This document shows, in pieces, positions 1-8,177 of a stretch of DNA of 64,000 nucleotides. A program made the translations under genes and the position numbers. The notes beneath the pieces were generated by a model. It did not search any database, was not told the DNA's origin, and saw only the letters and a list, made by a program, of their open reading frames with translations. The stretch is from Patescibacteria group bacterium (GTDB lineage Bacteria > Patescibacteriota > Patescibacteriia > 2-01-FULL-39-33), in assembly GCA_041650895.1 (NCBI GenBank), contig JBAZKF010000001.1:209685-273684 (forward strand). Reading direction: 5' to 3'. The stretch's first letter is position 1, and every line of letters begins with the position of its first letter.

Positions 1-161
1 TCTTGCTCTGAGCGTTTTTGACTAGAGTAAGTGATGACCTTGACGCCAAAACCTTCGGCGCGCAAGGACGAGGCCAGCGCCTTAAGCATTGTGGCCGGAC
101 CGCCAATATCCGGCGGGTAAATGCCGGTGGCGATTAAAATTTTTGTGTTATTCCTGTCCAT
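1..161 (-). CDS. Partial CDS, N-terminal 53 aa of a GT4-type glycosyltransferase; the start codon is the reverse of 159-161 and the gene continues past the window edge
   Basis: The reverse-strand translation MDRNNTKILIATGIYPPDIGGPATMLKALASSLRAEGFGVKVITYSS is a typical GT-B N-terminal glycine-rich motif. The ORF runs off the window, so it is not in the supplied track. Confidence 0.5.
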   Translation of the reverse strand, partial: MDRNNTKILIATGIYPPDIGGPATMLKALASSLRAEGFGVKVITYSSQKRSEQ

Positions 162-1290
162 TTGCCAATTTATTGAAAATATTTTTCATCTCGCCGACGA
201 TCTTATTCCAATTATATTTTTCGGTTACTAATTTTTGGGCATTTTCAACCACTCTTTCAACTTCGACTTTATTTTTTTCAGATAAAATGTAATTGATTTT
301 TTCGGCGATACTCTTGGGATTTTTCACTTCGCAGAACCAACCGGTCTCGCCGTCTTTTAAAAAATCAGGAATCCCACCAACCAGTGTGCCCACGATAGGT
401 ACATAAACTCCCATGGCTTCTAAAAAAGAATTGCCGAGTCCTTCCGACAATGACGGCCGACAAAAAACATTGGATCTCATAAGATAGTTATAAACCTTCA
501 AATTGTCTATTAATCCTATAAACTCTATCTTATTTTTTAAATTTAATTCTTCTGTTATTTTCTCCAACTCCTCTCTTATACTTCCATCCCCAATGATTAA
601 CAGCTTTCCGTCAATATTTTCCATCGCTCTAATTAAATACTCCACTCCATTTTTTTTCTCTAATCGAGAAGCGGTGATTATTATTTTAGAATTCCTTAAT
701 TGTTTTAATTGGTCATAATCACATCTACTAAGCCATTCGTTCCTTACTCCGTTCGGCACCACTTTAATCGGGCACTTCGCTCCCAATTTTTTTGCTCGTC
801 CAACTAAAAAATTAGATATCGCCTGAATCTGGTCAGCGCGACGGTAAATCGCTTTGTAGATCGGCCGGATAAACCAAGTTTTCAGCCAAATATCCCACTC
901 GCTATCCCCTTCTTGCAAAGTCAATAAATAAGGAATCTGCGGAAAACGGCGTTTGAACTTCATAGCCGCCCAGCCCGCCTGGTTAGCCATCATCGCCCAA
1001 ATCAAATCATAGCCGTTCTGCTGTTGTAGTTCGGTTGCTTTTTTGTATGCCAGCCAGGGAAATAGATACTTGTCCAATCTGCCCCGGCCAAGACGATAAA
1101 CCCTATTAATACCGTTAAAATCCTGTTCTTCCGCCGGCTGACGTCCGTCCAAATTGACAGTAAGCATATCAAATTCAAAATCTCCACCCAACCGCTTGGT
1201 GATTTCTTTAACGGCCACTTCGGCTCCGCCCACAAACGGGTGGTAAGCCAAGGAGAAAATCAAGATTCTTTTTTTACTTTCCGCAGGCAT
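148..1290 (-). CDS. Glycosyltransferase family 1/4 (GT-B fold)
   Basis: 380-aa ORF. The N-terminus YHPFVGGAEV is followed by a C-terminal EGLGNSFLEAMGVYVPIVGT...GGIPDF. It overlaps the next GT gene by 14 bp. Confidence 0.8.
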   Translation of the reverse strand: MPAESKKRILIFSLAYHPFVGGAEVAVKEITKRLGGDFEFDMLTVNLDGRQPAEEQDFNGINRVYRLGRGRLDKYLFPWLAYKKATELQQQNGYDLIWAMMANQAGWAAMKFKRRFPQIPYLLTLQEGDSEWDIWLKTWFIRPIYKAIYRRADQIQAISNFLVGRAKKLGAKCPIKVVPNGVRNEWLSRCDYDQLKQLRNSKIIITASRLEKKNGVEYLIRAMENIDGKLLIIGDGSIREELEKITEELNLKNKIEFIGLIDNLKVYNYLMRSNVFCRPSLSEGLGNSFLEAMGVYVPIVGTLVGGIPDFLKDGETGWFCEVKNPKSIAEKINYILSEKNKVEVERVVENAQKLVTEKYNWNKIVGEMKNIFNKLANGQE

Positions 1291-1318
1291 GCAATTAAGA
1301 TAAGATAAGTAATAAATT

Positions 1319-1352
1319 GCTACGTAGCTTGCTACGTAGCATGTTACGTAGC
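1319..1352. promoter_or_regulatory. Three tandem copies (12-bp period) of the perfect palindrome GCTACGTAGC, the third degenerate (GTTACGTAGC); candidate operator array in the 5' region of the GT gene
   Basis: Read directly: gctacgtagc tt gctacgtagc at gttacgtagc, in the 65-bp gap between two minus-strand genes. Confidence 0.45.
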
Positions 1353-1355
1353 AGA

Positions 1356-2207
1356 TTATTCTTTAGCTATTTCCTCGCCGTAGACGCCCCTAAGCAAGTC
1401 CAAATCTTTCCGGCTTTTTAGTAATAACTCAAGATTCTTTTTTTCCAAGGCGGAAAAGATTGCGTCCGCCGATTCGTCATTCAAGTTCTGCTTGTAAAAA
1501 CGCTTGAGCGCAGCCAAATCTTTAATGAAACATTCTCCGCCGGCGCCACGACCGCTCTTGTGCACCGGATCAATATGCATATTGCCGATCCACGGGTCGT
1601 TGGCCATGATTTCCCTCAAAACTTCCCAGCGACAACCCAACTTCTTGGACAAGTCATAAAGCATGTTCATGTAAATGACTTTGGTATAGAAAAAACAATT
1701 CCGCAGATATTTGAACAGCTCCGCTTCTTTGGCGGAGGTAATAAGAGAAAAATCAGCCTGGGGCAATACCGACATCACTTCCCGAGCCTTGCTTTTGTAT
1801 TCTTCATTATCTGTCGGCATGCCGACGATATTCCTTTGCGGATGGCGGGAATCGTCATAAGCAGTGGAAACCGACAAAAACTCCGGCGAATGGAACAAAT
1901 AAATACCCGGGGTTTCTGCCTGAATTGACTCGGTCGTGCCAGGCAAAACAGTTGATTTGATGACCGCGATTTTGCCTGCGCCGACCAGCTTTACGGCGCT
2001 TCTAACGATGGAATCATCAAAACCCGCCCGGGTAGTCGGCGTCGGTACGGCAACAAACACAATATCGCACTCGCTGATTTTTTCCTTATTGGCGAGGTAT
2101 GGTTCCTCCAGGGAATAACGAATCACTTGATAACCCCTGGACTCAAAATCATCGGCATAATTTTTGCCGATCCAGCCCTGGCCGATAAAACCGATTAATT
2201 TGTTCAT
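1356..2207 (-). CDS. UDP-glucose/GDP-mannose dehydrogenase family protein; short form (283 aa) without the C-terminal UDP-binding domain
   Basis: Motifs GFIGQGWIGK (Rossmann), VFVAVPTP, KSTVLPGTT, SPEFLSVSTAYDD, AELFKYLRNCF and GRGAGGECFIKD match the UDPGDH family N-terminal and central domains. Confidence 0.6.
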   Translation of the reverse strand: MNKLIGFIGQGWIGKNYADDFESRGYQVIRYSLEEPYLANKEKISECDIVFVAVPTPTTRAGFDDSIVRSAVKLVGAGKIAVIKSTVLPGTTESIQAETPGIYLFHSPEFLSVSTAYDDSRHPQRNIVGMPTDNEEYKSKAREVMSVLPQADFSLITSAKEAELFKYLRNCFFYTKVIYMNMLYDLSKKLGCRWEVLREIMANDPWIGNMHIDPVHKSGRGAGGECFIKDLAALKRFYKQNLNDESADAIFSALEKKNLELLLKSRKDLDLLRGVYGEEIAKE

Positions 2208-2282
2208 GGCGGTCTTGTAAATTATCGATTAATACCTTAATATTATATCAGAAATAAGCTAAAAAAATCAAGGCAACAACTT

Positions 2283-3431
2283 ATGAAAGTGCTATTTGTC
2301 ATAACTCAATCATCTTGGGGCGGAGCGCAAAAATATGTTTATACTTTTGCTCTAAATTTAGCCAAAAAAAATGATACTGAGGTCATAATAGCCGGTGGCG
2401 AGGAGTCAATCGGAGAATTAACGGCGAAATTGCAGGAAAAAGGCCTAAAATTTGTACCTCTTAAAAAACTAATGAGAAAAGTTAGTCTGCTTAATGATTT
2501 GTTAGCAGTCAAAGAGATAAAAACGCTGATTGAACAAGAACGACCGGACATTATCCACTTAAACAGCAGTAAGGCCGGAGCGGTAGGATCCTTGGCCGCC
2601 AGATTATCCCGTCATCGCGCCAAGGTGGTTTATACGGTGCACGGTTGGGTTTTCAATGAAAGCCTCAATCCCCTGGTCAAACTGTTTTATTTTTTGATAG
2701 AAAAATCATTTGCCGGCTTCAAGGACTGTTTTATCTGCCTATCCGATTTTGATCGGCAAGCCGGCCTTACAGCAAAAATCGCTCCCGCCGAAAAGTTAAT
2801 CACCATCCATAACGGCCTGGATTTGCCGGCTGATTATTTTTTGGATCAAGAGACGGCTCTAAATGAACTATTGGATACTAAACCCGCCGACGAAAATCGG
2901 CCGCTGATTATCGGGACTATTGCTAATTTTTATCCGGCTAAAGGATTAAATTATTTAATTGATACTGTCAGTCTCCTGCCGGCTGACGATTATAAACTGA
3001 TAATCATAGGCGAGGGAGGATTAAGAAACGAATTGGAGAGACAAATCAAGAAATTAAAATTAGAAAATAATTTAGAAAATAATATTATCCTGGCCGGTAA
3101 CAAACAAGAAGCCGCCAGATATCTGAAAGCCTTTGATCTGGCCGTAATGTCATCAGTCAAGGAGGGTCTGCCCTACTTCATACTAGAGGCTATGTCCGCC
3201 GGCTTGCCCGTCATAGCCACCAAAGTCGGGGGCATCCCCGAAACGATTGATGACGGAGTTACCGGTTATCTGGTTGACCCGCGATCACCCGGCCTGCTGG
3301 CGGAAAAAATAAAACTGCTGGCGGATAAAGAATTAAGAAAACGATTCGGCGAAGCGGGATTATCCAAGGTTAAAAAAGAATTCGGCCTAAGCCAAATGAT
3401 AGAAAAAACCTTGAAAGCCTACTCAAAATAA
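2283..3431 (+). CDS. Glycosyltransferase family 4
   Basis: 382 aa. N-terminal WGGAQKYV; C-terminal EGLPYFILEAMSAGLPVIATKVGGIPE. Confidence 0.8.
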   Translation: MKVLFVITQSSWGGAQKYVYTFALNLAKKNDTEVIIAGGEESIGELTAKLQEKGLKFVPLKKLMRKVSLLNDLLAVKEIKTLIEQERPDIIHLNSSKAGAVGSLAARLSRHRAKVVYTVHGWVFNESLNPLVKLFYFLIEKSFAGFKDCFICLSDFDRQAGLTAKIAPAEKLITIHNGLDLPADYFLDQETALNELLDTKPADENRPLIIGTIANFYPAKGLNYLIDTVSLLPADDYKLIIIGEGGLRNELERQIKKLKLENNLENNIILAGNKQEAARYLKAFDLAVMSSVKEGLPYFILEAMSAGLPVIATKVGGIPETIDDGVTGYLVDPRSPGLLAEKIKLLADKELRKRFGEAGLSKVKKEFGLSQMIEKTLKAYSK

Positions 3432-3453
3432 GGAAATCCATTTAAAATTACAT

Positions 3454-3486
3454 AAAAAATCCCCGGACTAATCCGGGGATTTTTTG
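3454..3486. terminator. Bidirectional intrinsic terminator (A-run, TCCCCGGA-ctaa-TCCGGGGA hairpin, T-run) between convergent genes
   Basis: Hairpin and flanking A/T runs read directly from the sequence. Confidence 0.7.
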
Positions 3487-5814
3487 TTATTTGATTGTTG
3501 CCAAATATTGTTTTAATTCGGGAGTGCCCGCTTCTGAAGCAATCAACCAGACTGCCATAGTTTTTAGTTTTTCCTTCCTTTGCGCCATGATTCCTTCCTC
3601 ATCATCGGGCGCATCAGACCATTGAGTCAACTGTTTGACTAACTCAGTTGGCGATAGACCGTCTATCGGTCCCGTAGCCAATGATTGAGCGAAGGTATCG
3701 GCAATCTGGGCGTTGTTTTTAACGGATAAAACAAAATCGCTAAATTGATCAAAACCGTCGCCGGCCTGATTGTTGATTTTAGCGCCCTGCCAAAATCTGG
3801 TCAAAGCTTGTTGATATTGTTTTTTGGCTTCCTCGGGATTATTTTTTTCAGCCAACAAGAAACAGCCCAAATAATAATTGGATGATCCCGCTTCGTAGTA
3901 TATCTGAGGCCTGCCCGGACTTAAAGCAACCATTTGATCGGCGATATCAATGGCCTTCTGCAAACGATTAACATTGAAGATATAGGAAATATTATAAAAT
4001 CTTTCAAGTAACAGCCAGTTAGTGACACTATGAGAATTTTCTTTTATCTGGTTGAGAAATTGATTTTCCATTAAATTGGACCAATCAGCCATTTGCTTGT
4101 CTTTGCCCGAGGTGCGGTTGGAAGTTTTAGACAAATAGCTCATCAATTCATTGCCGTAAAAATCAAAATAATGCTTGCGATATTCCTGATTGCCGAGAGT
4201 ACCGCGGCCGATTACCTCCTCAAAAGATTCAATTTTATCTTGCAAAGTCGGCCAAGGACTGGTTAGGGACTTGATAAAATCAGCGTTGGCATAAAGCGGT
4301 TTCAAATTGAAAAACCAAATCGCCGGCAGTAACAAAATACCAACAATAACCGCCAAAACAGCTTTAAAATTATAATTATTCAAAAAATTAAGATTCCAAC
4401 TCCGGCTGTATTGGCCGACAAAACTCAAGACGATTATAAGCGGGATATAAGTCGCTAAAGCTTCAAAAATAAAAAAATTCTGAATCAAATAAGCGATGAT
4501 CAGGATACTGAAAATAACCGGCGTCAAATATTTTTTATAATCCCTGCCCGTAGTTTCTTGCTCTTTATTATTGCCCTTATTGCCGTATTCCTTAAAATAA
4601 TACTTCCATAAAAAGAAGAAAGGCAGTAATAGAACGGCTAAATAAGACAGCAGACCAATAACCCCGCCGGTAACGGCGCGATCGCAAAACATGTTATGGC
4701 AACGGTCAAACCACTGCTCCGAACTCTTGGTTGTATAGTATTTATCAAAAACTTGATAAAAATTTTCTTGGCCATAACCCAAGATAGGTCTGGCGATAAT
4801 GCCTTTGAGGCCGATAATCCAAGCCACAATGCGGTTATTGCTGGTAACGTCGGTCAAAGAAATAGAGTTGATTCTTTTTAAAATCGGATTGGCATAATCG
4901 AAATTATTGCAGACCGCGGTTTTATGGAATCCCCTCTCTAAAGAAAAACCGAATCCCGGAGTTAAAATCTTGCCGCTGCCACAACCGAATATGGCGGCAA
5001 AGAATAACAAAGCGATGGCAATTACAGCGGTAGCGGTGATTTTTAGCCAGAGCTTATTATAATAAAAGTAACCTAAATAGATCAGAGTGATAAGGCCACC
5101 CAGACCTAAAGCCAGATAGGCGCCACGGGTGAAAGTTTGAACGGCGATAAATAACTCCAAAACAATCGCTAAAACGTAAAGAGTCTTGGCCCACCACTGC
5201 GATCGCTTCAAAGCCATAAACAGGGCGGTAAAAATACCGAACACCATGTAGCCACCGACATAGCCGGAATTACCAATTGTTCCGGCCAAACGTGCGCCGT
5301 TGGAGGAAGGCAAAAAATGATCCTTCCAGGAACCGACAAAAGTCAAAGCCAAATACTGATCCAAAGCCACCAGAGCCACGGCAAAAGAAGCTAATAAAAA
5401 TAAATCAAAAAGATATAGCCACTCTTTGACGGAGCGAAAGAATCCTGACAACACGGCGGAGAATAAAAATAAATGAGTCAACAGCAGAATGCCGTCACTA
5501 CGTTCGTTATTTGACCAGAAAGAATGATAGAAGTCATTGCCGGAAAAAGCCGAGGCGACGGTCAGAATCACCAGATAAAGCAACAATAGAAGCACAGTAA
5601 CATTAAGCCGAATGCGATATTTGTCATCAACCAGGCAAAGCACCAGGAAAGCCACAAACATCACTTCTACGGCAATCTGAAAAGCAAAAGTCTTAGTGGT
5701 AATGAAAGGAAAAAATAAATGAGAACTGACATATAAGGCGGAAAACAGGATAACGCTCAGACAAACCCAGATTATGCCTTTTAACACTACTGTCAAAAAT
5801 TGTTTTTGATTCAT
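3487..5814 (-). CDS. O-antigen ligase-like (Wzy_C-type) polytopic membrane protein with a C-terminal TPR region; paralog of 18005-20188
   Basis: Many TM helices, then a soluble C-terminus with TPR-like repeats. The track ORF extends to 5910, but its first 32 aa are low-complexity; the ATG at 5814 (MNQKQFLTVVL...) is the more plausible start. Confidence 0.65.
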   Translation of the reverse strand: MNQKQFLTVVLKGIIWVCLSVILFSALYVSSHLFFPFITTKTFAFQIAVEVMFVAFLVLCLVDDKYRIRLNVTVLLLLLYLVILTVASAFSGNDFYHSFWSNNERSDGILLLTHLFLFSAVLSGFFRSVKEWLYLFDLFLLASFAVALVALDQYLALTFVGSWKDHFLPSSNGARLAGTIGNSGYVGGYMVFGIFTALFMALKRSQWWAKTLYVLAIVLELFIAVQTFTRGAYLALGLGGLITLIYLGYFYYNKLWLKITATAVIAIALLFFAAIFGCGSGKILTPGFGFSLERGFHKTAVCNNFDYANPILKRINSISLTDVTSNNRIVAWIIGLKGIIARPILGYGQENFYQVFDKYYTTKSSEQWFDRCHNMFCDRAVTGGVIGLLSYLAVLLLPFFFLWKYYFKEYGNKGNNKEQETTGRDYKKYLTPVIFSILIIAYLIQNFFIFEALATYIPLIIVLSFVGQYSRSWNLNFLNNYNFKAVLAVIVGILLLPAIWFFNLKPLYANADFIKSLTSPWPTLQDKIESFEEVIGRGTLGNQEYRKHYFDFYGNELMSYLSKTSNRTSGKDKQMADWSNLMENQFLNQIKENSHSVTNWLLLERFYNISYIFNVNRLQKAIDIADQMVALSPGRPQIYYEAGSSNYYLGCFLLAEKNNPEEAKKQYQQALTRFWQGAKINNQAGDGFDQFSDFVLSVKNNAQIADTFAQSLATGPIDGLSPTELVKQLTQWSDAPDDEEGIMAQRKEKLKTMAVWLIASEAGTPELKQYLATIK

Positions 5815-5977
5815 AGGATTGGTTAAGGATGGTTGGATTAATTGAGTTAATTTTACAATAAAATTAAGGCGAAAACAAGTGAGGGACAAAAGCGATTGGC
5901 CCGGCGACAATCATTCGCCGGCTTGATTATTTCAAATGTTTATGATATAATAATTTCGTAATTCACAAATAATATTT

Positions 5978-6050
5978 GCCGCCATCGTCTAATGGTTAGG
6001 ACGCGGCCTTCTCAAGGCTGTAATCGGGGTTCGATTCCCCGTGGCGGTAC
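5978..6050 (+). tRNA. tRNA-Glu (anticodon CUC)
   Basis: Manual cloverleaf: acceptor GCCGCCA/TGGCGGT, D-stem GTCT/GGAC, anticodon stem CGGCC/GGCTG with loop TTCTCAA, T-arm CGGGG-TTCGATT-CCCCG, discriminator A. Confidence 0.8.
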
Positions 6051-6063
6051 ATAAAATAAAAAA

Positions 6064-6090
6064 ACCAGGTATGATCCTGGTCTTTTTATT
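6064..6090 (+). terminator. Intrinsic terminator after tRNA-Glu (ACCAGG-tatgat-CCTGGT followed by TTTTT)
   Basis: Hairpin and T-run read directly. Confidence 0.65.
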
Positions 6091-6134
6091 TTTATTTCTA
6101 GTCGAGGAATCGAACAGAACGGGGCGGTACCAAA

Positions 6135-6162
6135 TAAAAAAAGACCCCATTTTAAGGGGTCT
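6135..6162 (-). terminator. Intrinsic terminator for the minus-strand gene 6171-6563 (AGACCCC-ttaaaat-GGGGTCT followed by a U-run on the minus strand)
   Basis: Hairpin with the A7 run on the plus strand, immediately downstream of the gene. Confidence 0.6.
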
Positions 6163-6170
6163 CACAAATT

Positions 6171-6563
6171 TCAAAAAGCATATGCTCCTTGGTCGGTAAC
6201 CAATGTAATACTTCTCGTCTCTGAAGAAAAAAGGGGGGATTTTAAATTAAAAGCAAGTTTGTATCTTCCTTCTCCTCCATCACTCAACGTAACTGACGCC
6301 GTAAAAGTATCCTGCTTTTTCCCAAATAAAGCATTTTTCTTAACTTGCAAAAAAGAAATTGTAACTTTACTGCCTGTAGCCAAAACTTCGCCTCTAACAA
6401 TCTTAATTTCCCAATCTACCGGCAAAGCAATTGACCTTCCTTTACCCTGTCTTGAGGAATGGAGACAAAACAGTACCTGTTCTATTTTAAAATGTCGCAT
6501 ACATCTCAAATTAACCAAAGCACCCGTGTCTTCTTTACCATATTGACGAACAAAGCTCGACAT
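6171..6563 (-). CDS. Hypothetical small protein (130 aa)
   Basis: ORF with its own terminator. Weak PilZ-like hints (RQGKGR...TLSDGGEG) are not convincing. Confidence 0.45.
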   Translation of the reverse strand: MSSFVRQYGKEDTGALVNLRCMRHFKIEQVLFCLHSSRQGKGRSIALPVDWEIKIVRGEVLATGSKVTISFLQVKKNALFGKKQDTFTASVTLSDGGEGRYKLAFNLKSPLFSSETRSITLVTDQGAYAF

Positions 6564-6761
6564 AATCAGTCTCCTTATTTTTTACCCTTCTTTGTTAATG
6601 TCCAATTTAGTAATCTACCGCTTTAATAAATTAATACTAATTTGTCAACCTCAACCAATAAATAACCCCATACCAATTTTAATATCCAACACTAGTTGAT
6701 AATATTAGCAAATAAATATAGTAATGTCAACAACAGTTAATAAAAAAAATAAACATTTTAT

Positions 6762-6822
6762 CATTCTTCCTAATTTTAGAAAAATATTGCCTTAATAATA
6801 CAATTATTAACAAAAAAAATGT
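6762..6822. promoter_or_regulatory. Conserved ~57-bp intergenic element, copy 1, containing the perfect palindrome TTAATAAT-aca-ATTATTAA (6792-6810); about 85% identical to the copy at 7563-7624
   Basis: Aligned by eye. Both copies lie about 45 bp downstream of one small minus-strand gene and upstream of the next. Confidence 0.5.
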
Positions 6823-6869
6823 CAACCAGCAGTAGTTAGTTGCTGATTGACAGTAATGTTCTGTATTTT

Positions 6870-7451
6870 TTATACCTTCGGATGTAGGATCTGCAATCTA
6901 TTCAGAGCTGCTTCTTTAAGGCATTTGTTACGAAATGCCTCACTTGCCGCTCGGCTTGGCCGAACATATTTGTATTGATTTGTATCATTGAGTCTGGAGA
7001 ACTTCTTAAGAATAGAAAGATTGCGAGTCGCGCCGACGGCCGCCGTTTGAATGAATCCGTCTACCGCATTTTGGGCGAGATTGTCAATAAACTCTGGGTC
7101 ACTATCATATAATTCTTTGTCCCTTTCTAAGATAAACCTGCTTTCTGGACTTTCTGCGCCGTTATCATCCAGAGCCTTTTTGGCAATTAATTTTTTGATA
7201 TATGGCAAATCATTAATCCTGACAAGAATCTCGGTCCGAATATGCCAACTCCAATTCCCACCCCATCCAGTGTACAATCTGTACAGCTTTTTCAAAAACC
7301 GCTGGTCTCTTTGAACTAAGTTCAGTAATCCCAGAACACGATTTCTTGGTGAGCTAGTAGGATGATCTTTCTCATAATGAACATCATACCCGAATTGCTC
7401 GGCTATTTTCTCAACCTGAAGCAAATATTTCTGCGCCTCTTTCTTTAGCAT
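6870..7451 (-). CDS. Hypothetical protein (193 aa)
   Basis: ORF only; no recognisable family. Confidence 0.45.
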   Translation of the reverse strand: MLKKEAQKYLLQVEKIAEQFGYDVHYEKDHPTSSPRNRVLGLLNLVQRDQRFLKKLYRLYTGWGGNWSWHIRTEILVRINDLPYIKKLIAKKALDDNGAESPESRFILERDKELYDSDPEFIDNLAQNAVDGFIQTAAVGATRNLSILKKFSRLNDTNQYKYVRPSRAASEAFRNKCLKEAALNRLQILHPKV

Positions 7452-7509
7452 TGATTCATCCTTTCTTATTTAGTATTTTGTTAATGTCCGTTCCAAAAAA
7501 TATCATCAT

Positions 7510-7530
7510 ATAATGATAGCATATCATTAT
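7510..7530. promoter_or_regulatory. Perfect 9-bp inverted repeat ATAATGATA-gca-TATCATTAT, about 60 bp upstream of the start of gene 6870-7451; operator-like
   Basis: Read directly. Confidence 0.4.
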
Positions 7531-7562
7531 TTTTTGTCAAGCAGCTTAAATTAAATATCCCA

Positions 7563-7624
7563 TTATTCTTTCTAATTTTAAACAAATATTACCTTAATAT
7601 TATGATTATTAACAAAAAAATACC
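7563..7624. promoter_or_regulatory. Conserved ~57-bp intergenic element, copy 2, with the palindrome TTAATATT-atg-ATTATTAA (7594-7612)
   Basis: See copy 1. Confidence 0.5.
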
Positions 7625-7667
7625 CCCGCAAAGAGGATATTTTTTAGCGGCCAAAATTATTTAATAA

Positions 7668-8132
7668 TTATTTAACTGGATTAACGGGCGCACCTAAATC
7701 AGGATTAGCCGTAGCTGGACGGATCTGAATAGATTGGGCGATAACACTGCCATCACTGTTGGTTTTGCCGGTTACCACGACATTCTGCCCGACAGCCAAA
7801 TCACTAACAGCACCGGTGGCAAACTTGCCAACTTCCGTTGAGGTGGCGAAAAAGACCATTTTAGAACTGCCGTCGCGACCCTTGACTGTGAGACTTTTTT
7901 CATCCAAAGACAAAACATCGCCATTTACCATCCCCCCGCCGACATTAATTCTCCGGCCGGCCGTGGTGGCATTGCCTTGCTGTTGGCCTTGGCTAAAATT
8001 ACCGCCGCCGAATGAATTAAATCTCTTGGCTGAAGAATACTTGGTGCCGGCATAAAAAGAAGCGGCGCCGACAAGCACGATTACGACCACGGCAACCAAA
8101 ATCATTAAAGGAAGAGGTAACTTTTGTTTCAT
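7668..8132 (-). CDS. Small membrane-anchored secreted protein (154 aa); paralog of 11921-12424
   Basis: N-terminal TM/signal anchor, then a beta-rich domain. Shared pattern with 11921-12424: G.h..hD...ohohKG.D ... SDL.hG..VVV.G ... DGS..A..I.I.P. Confidence 0.55.
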   Translation of the reverse strand: MKQKLPLPLMILVAVVVIVLVGAASFYAGTKYSSAKRFNSFGGGNFSQGQQQGNATTAGRRINVGGGMVNGDVLSLDEKSLTVKGRDGSSKMVFFATSTEVGKFATGAVSDLAVGQNVVVTGKTNSDGSVIAQSIQIRPATANPDLGAPVNPVK

Positions 8133-8177
8133 AGATTTTAAAATTATTATTTATTTATTAATTAATTTATTATTGTT

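Noticed and set aside
3487-5910. Track start at 5910 for the O-antigen-ligase-like gene, and 55701 for the 2110-aa protein
   Set aside because: The first 32 aa from 5910 are low-complexity and are followed by a much better N-terminus at the ATG at 5814. For the 2110-aa protein the upstream 200 aa may be real TM segments, so I kept the long model but flagged it.
6100-6135. Partial tRNA-Glu 3'-end duplicate (GGCGGTAC, plus an inverted GAATCGAA T-loop-like string) as an att scar
   Set aside because: Only an 8-bp direct match and an 8-bp inverted match; too short to separate from chance.
5989-6174. 61-aa minus-strand ORF
   Set aside because: It overlaps tRNA-Glu and its terminator, so it is spurious.
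6171-6563. PilZ-domain assignment for the 130-aa protein
   Set aside because: Only loose resemblance to the RxxxR and D/NxSxxG motifs (RQGKGR, LSDGGEG); not enough to call.
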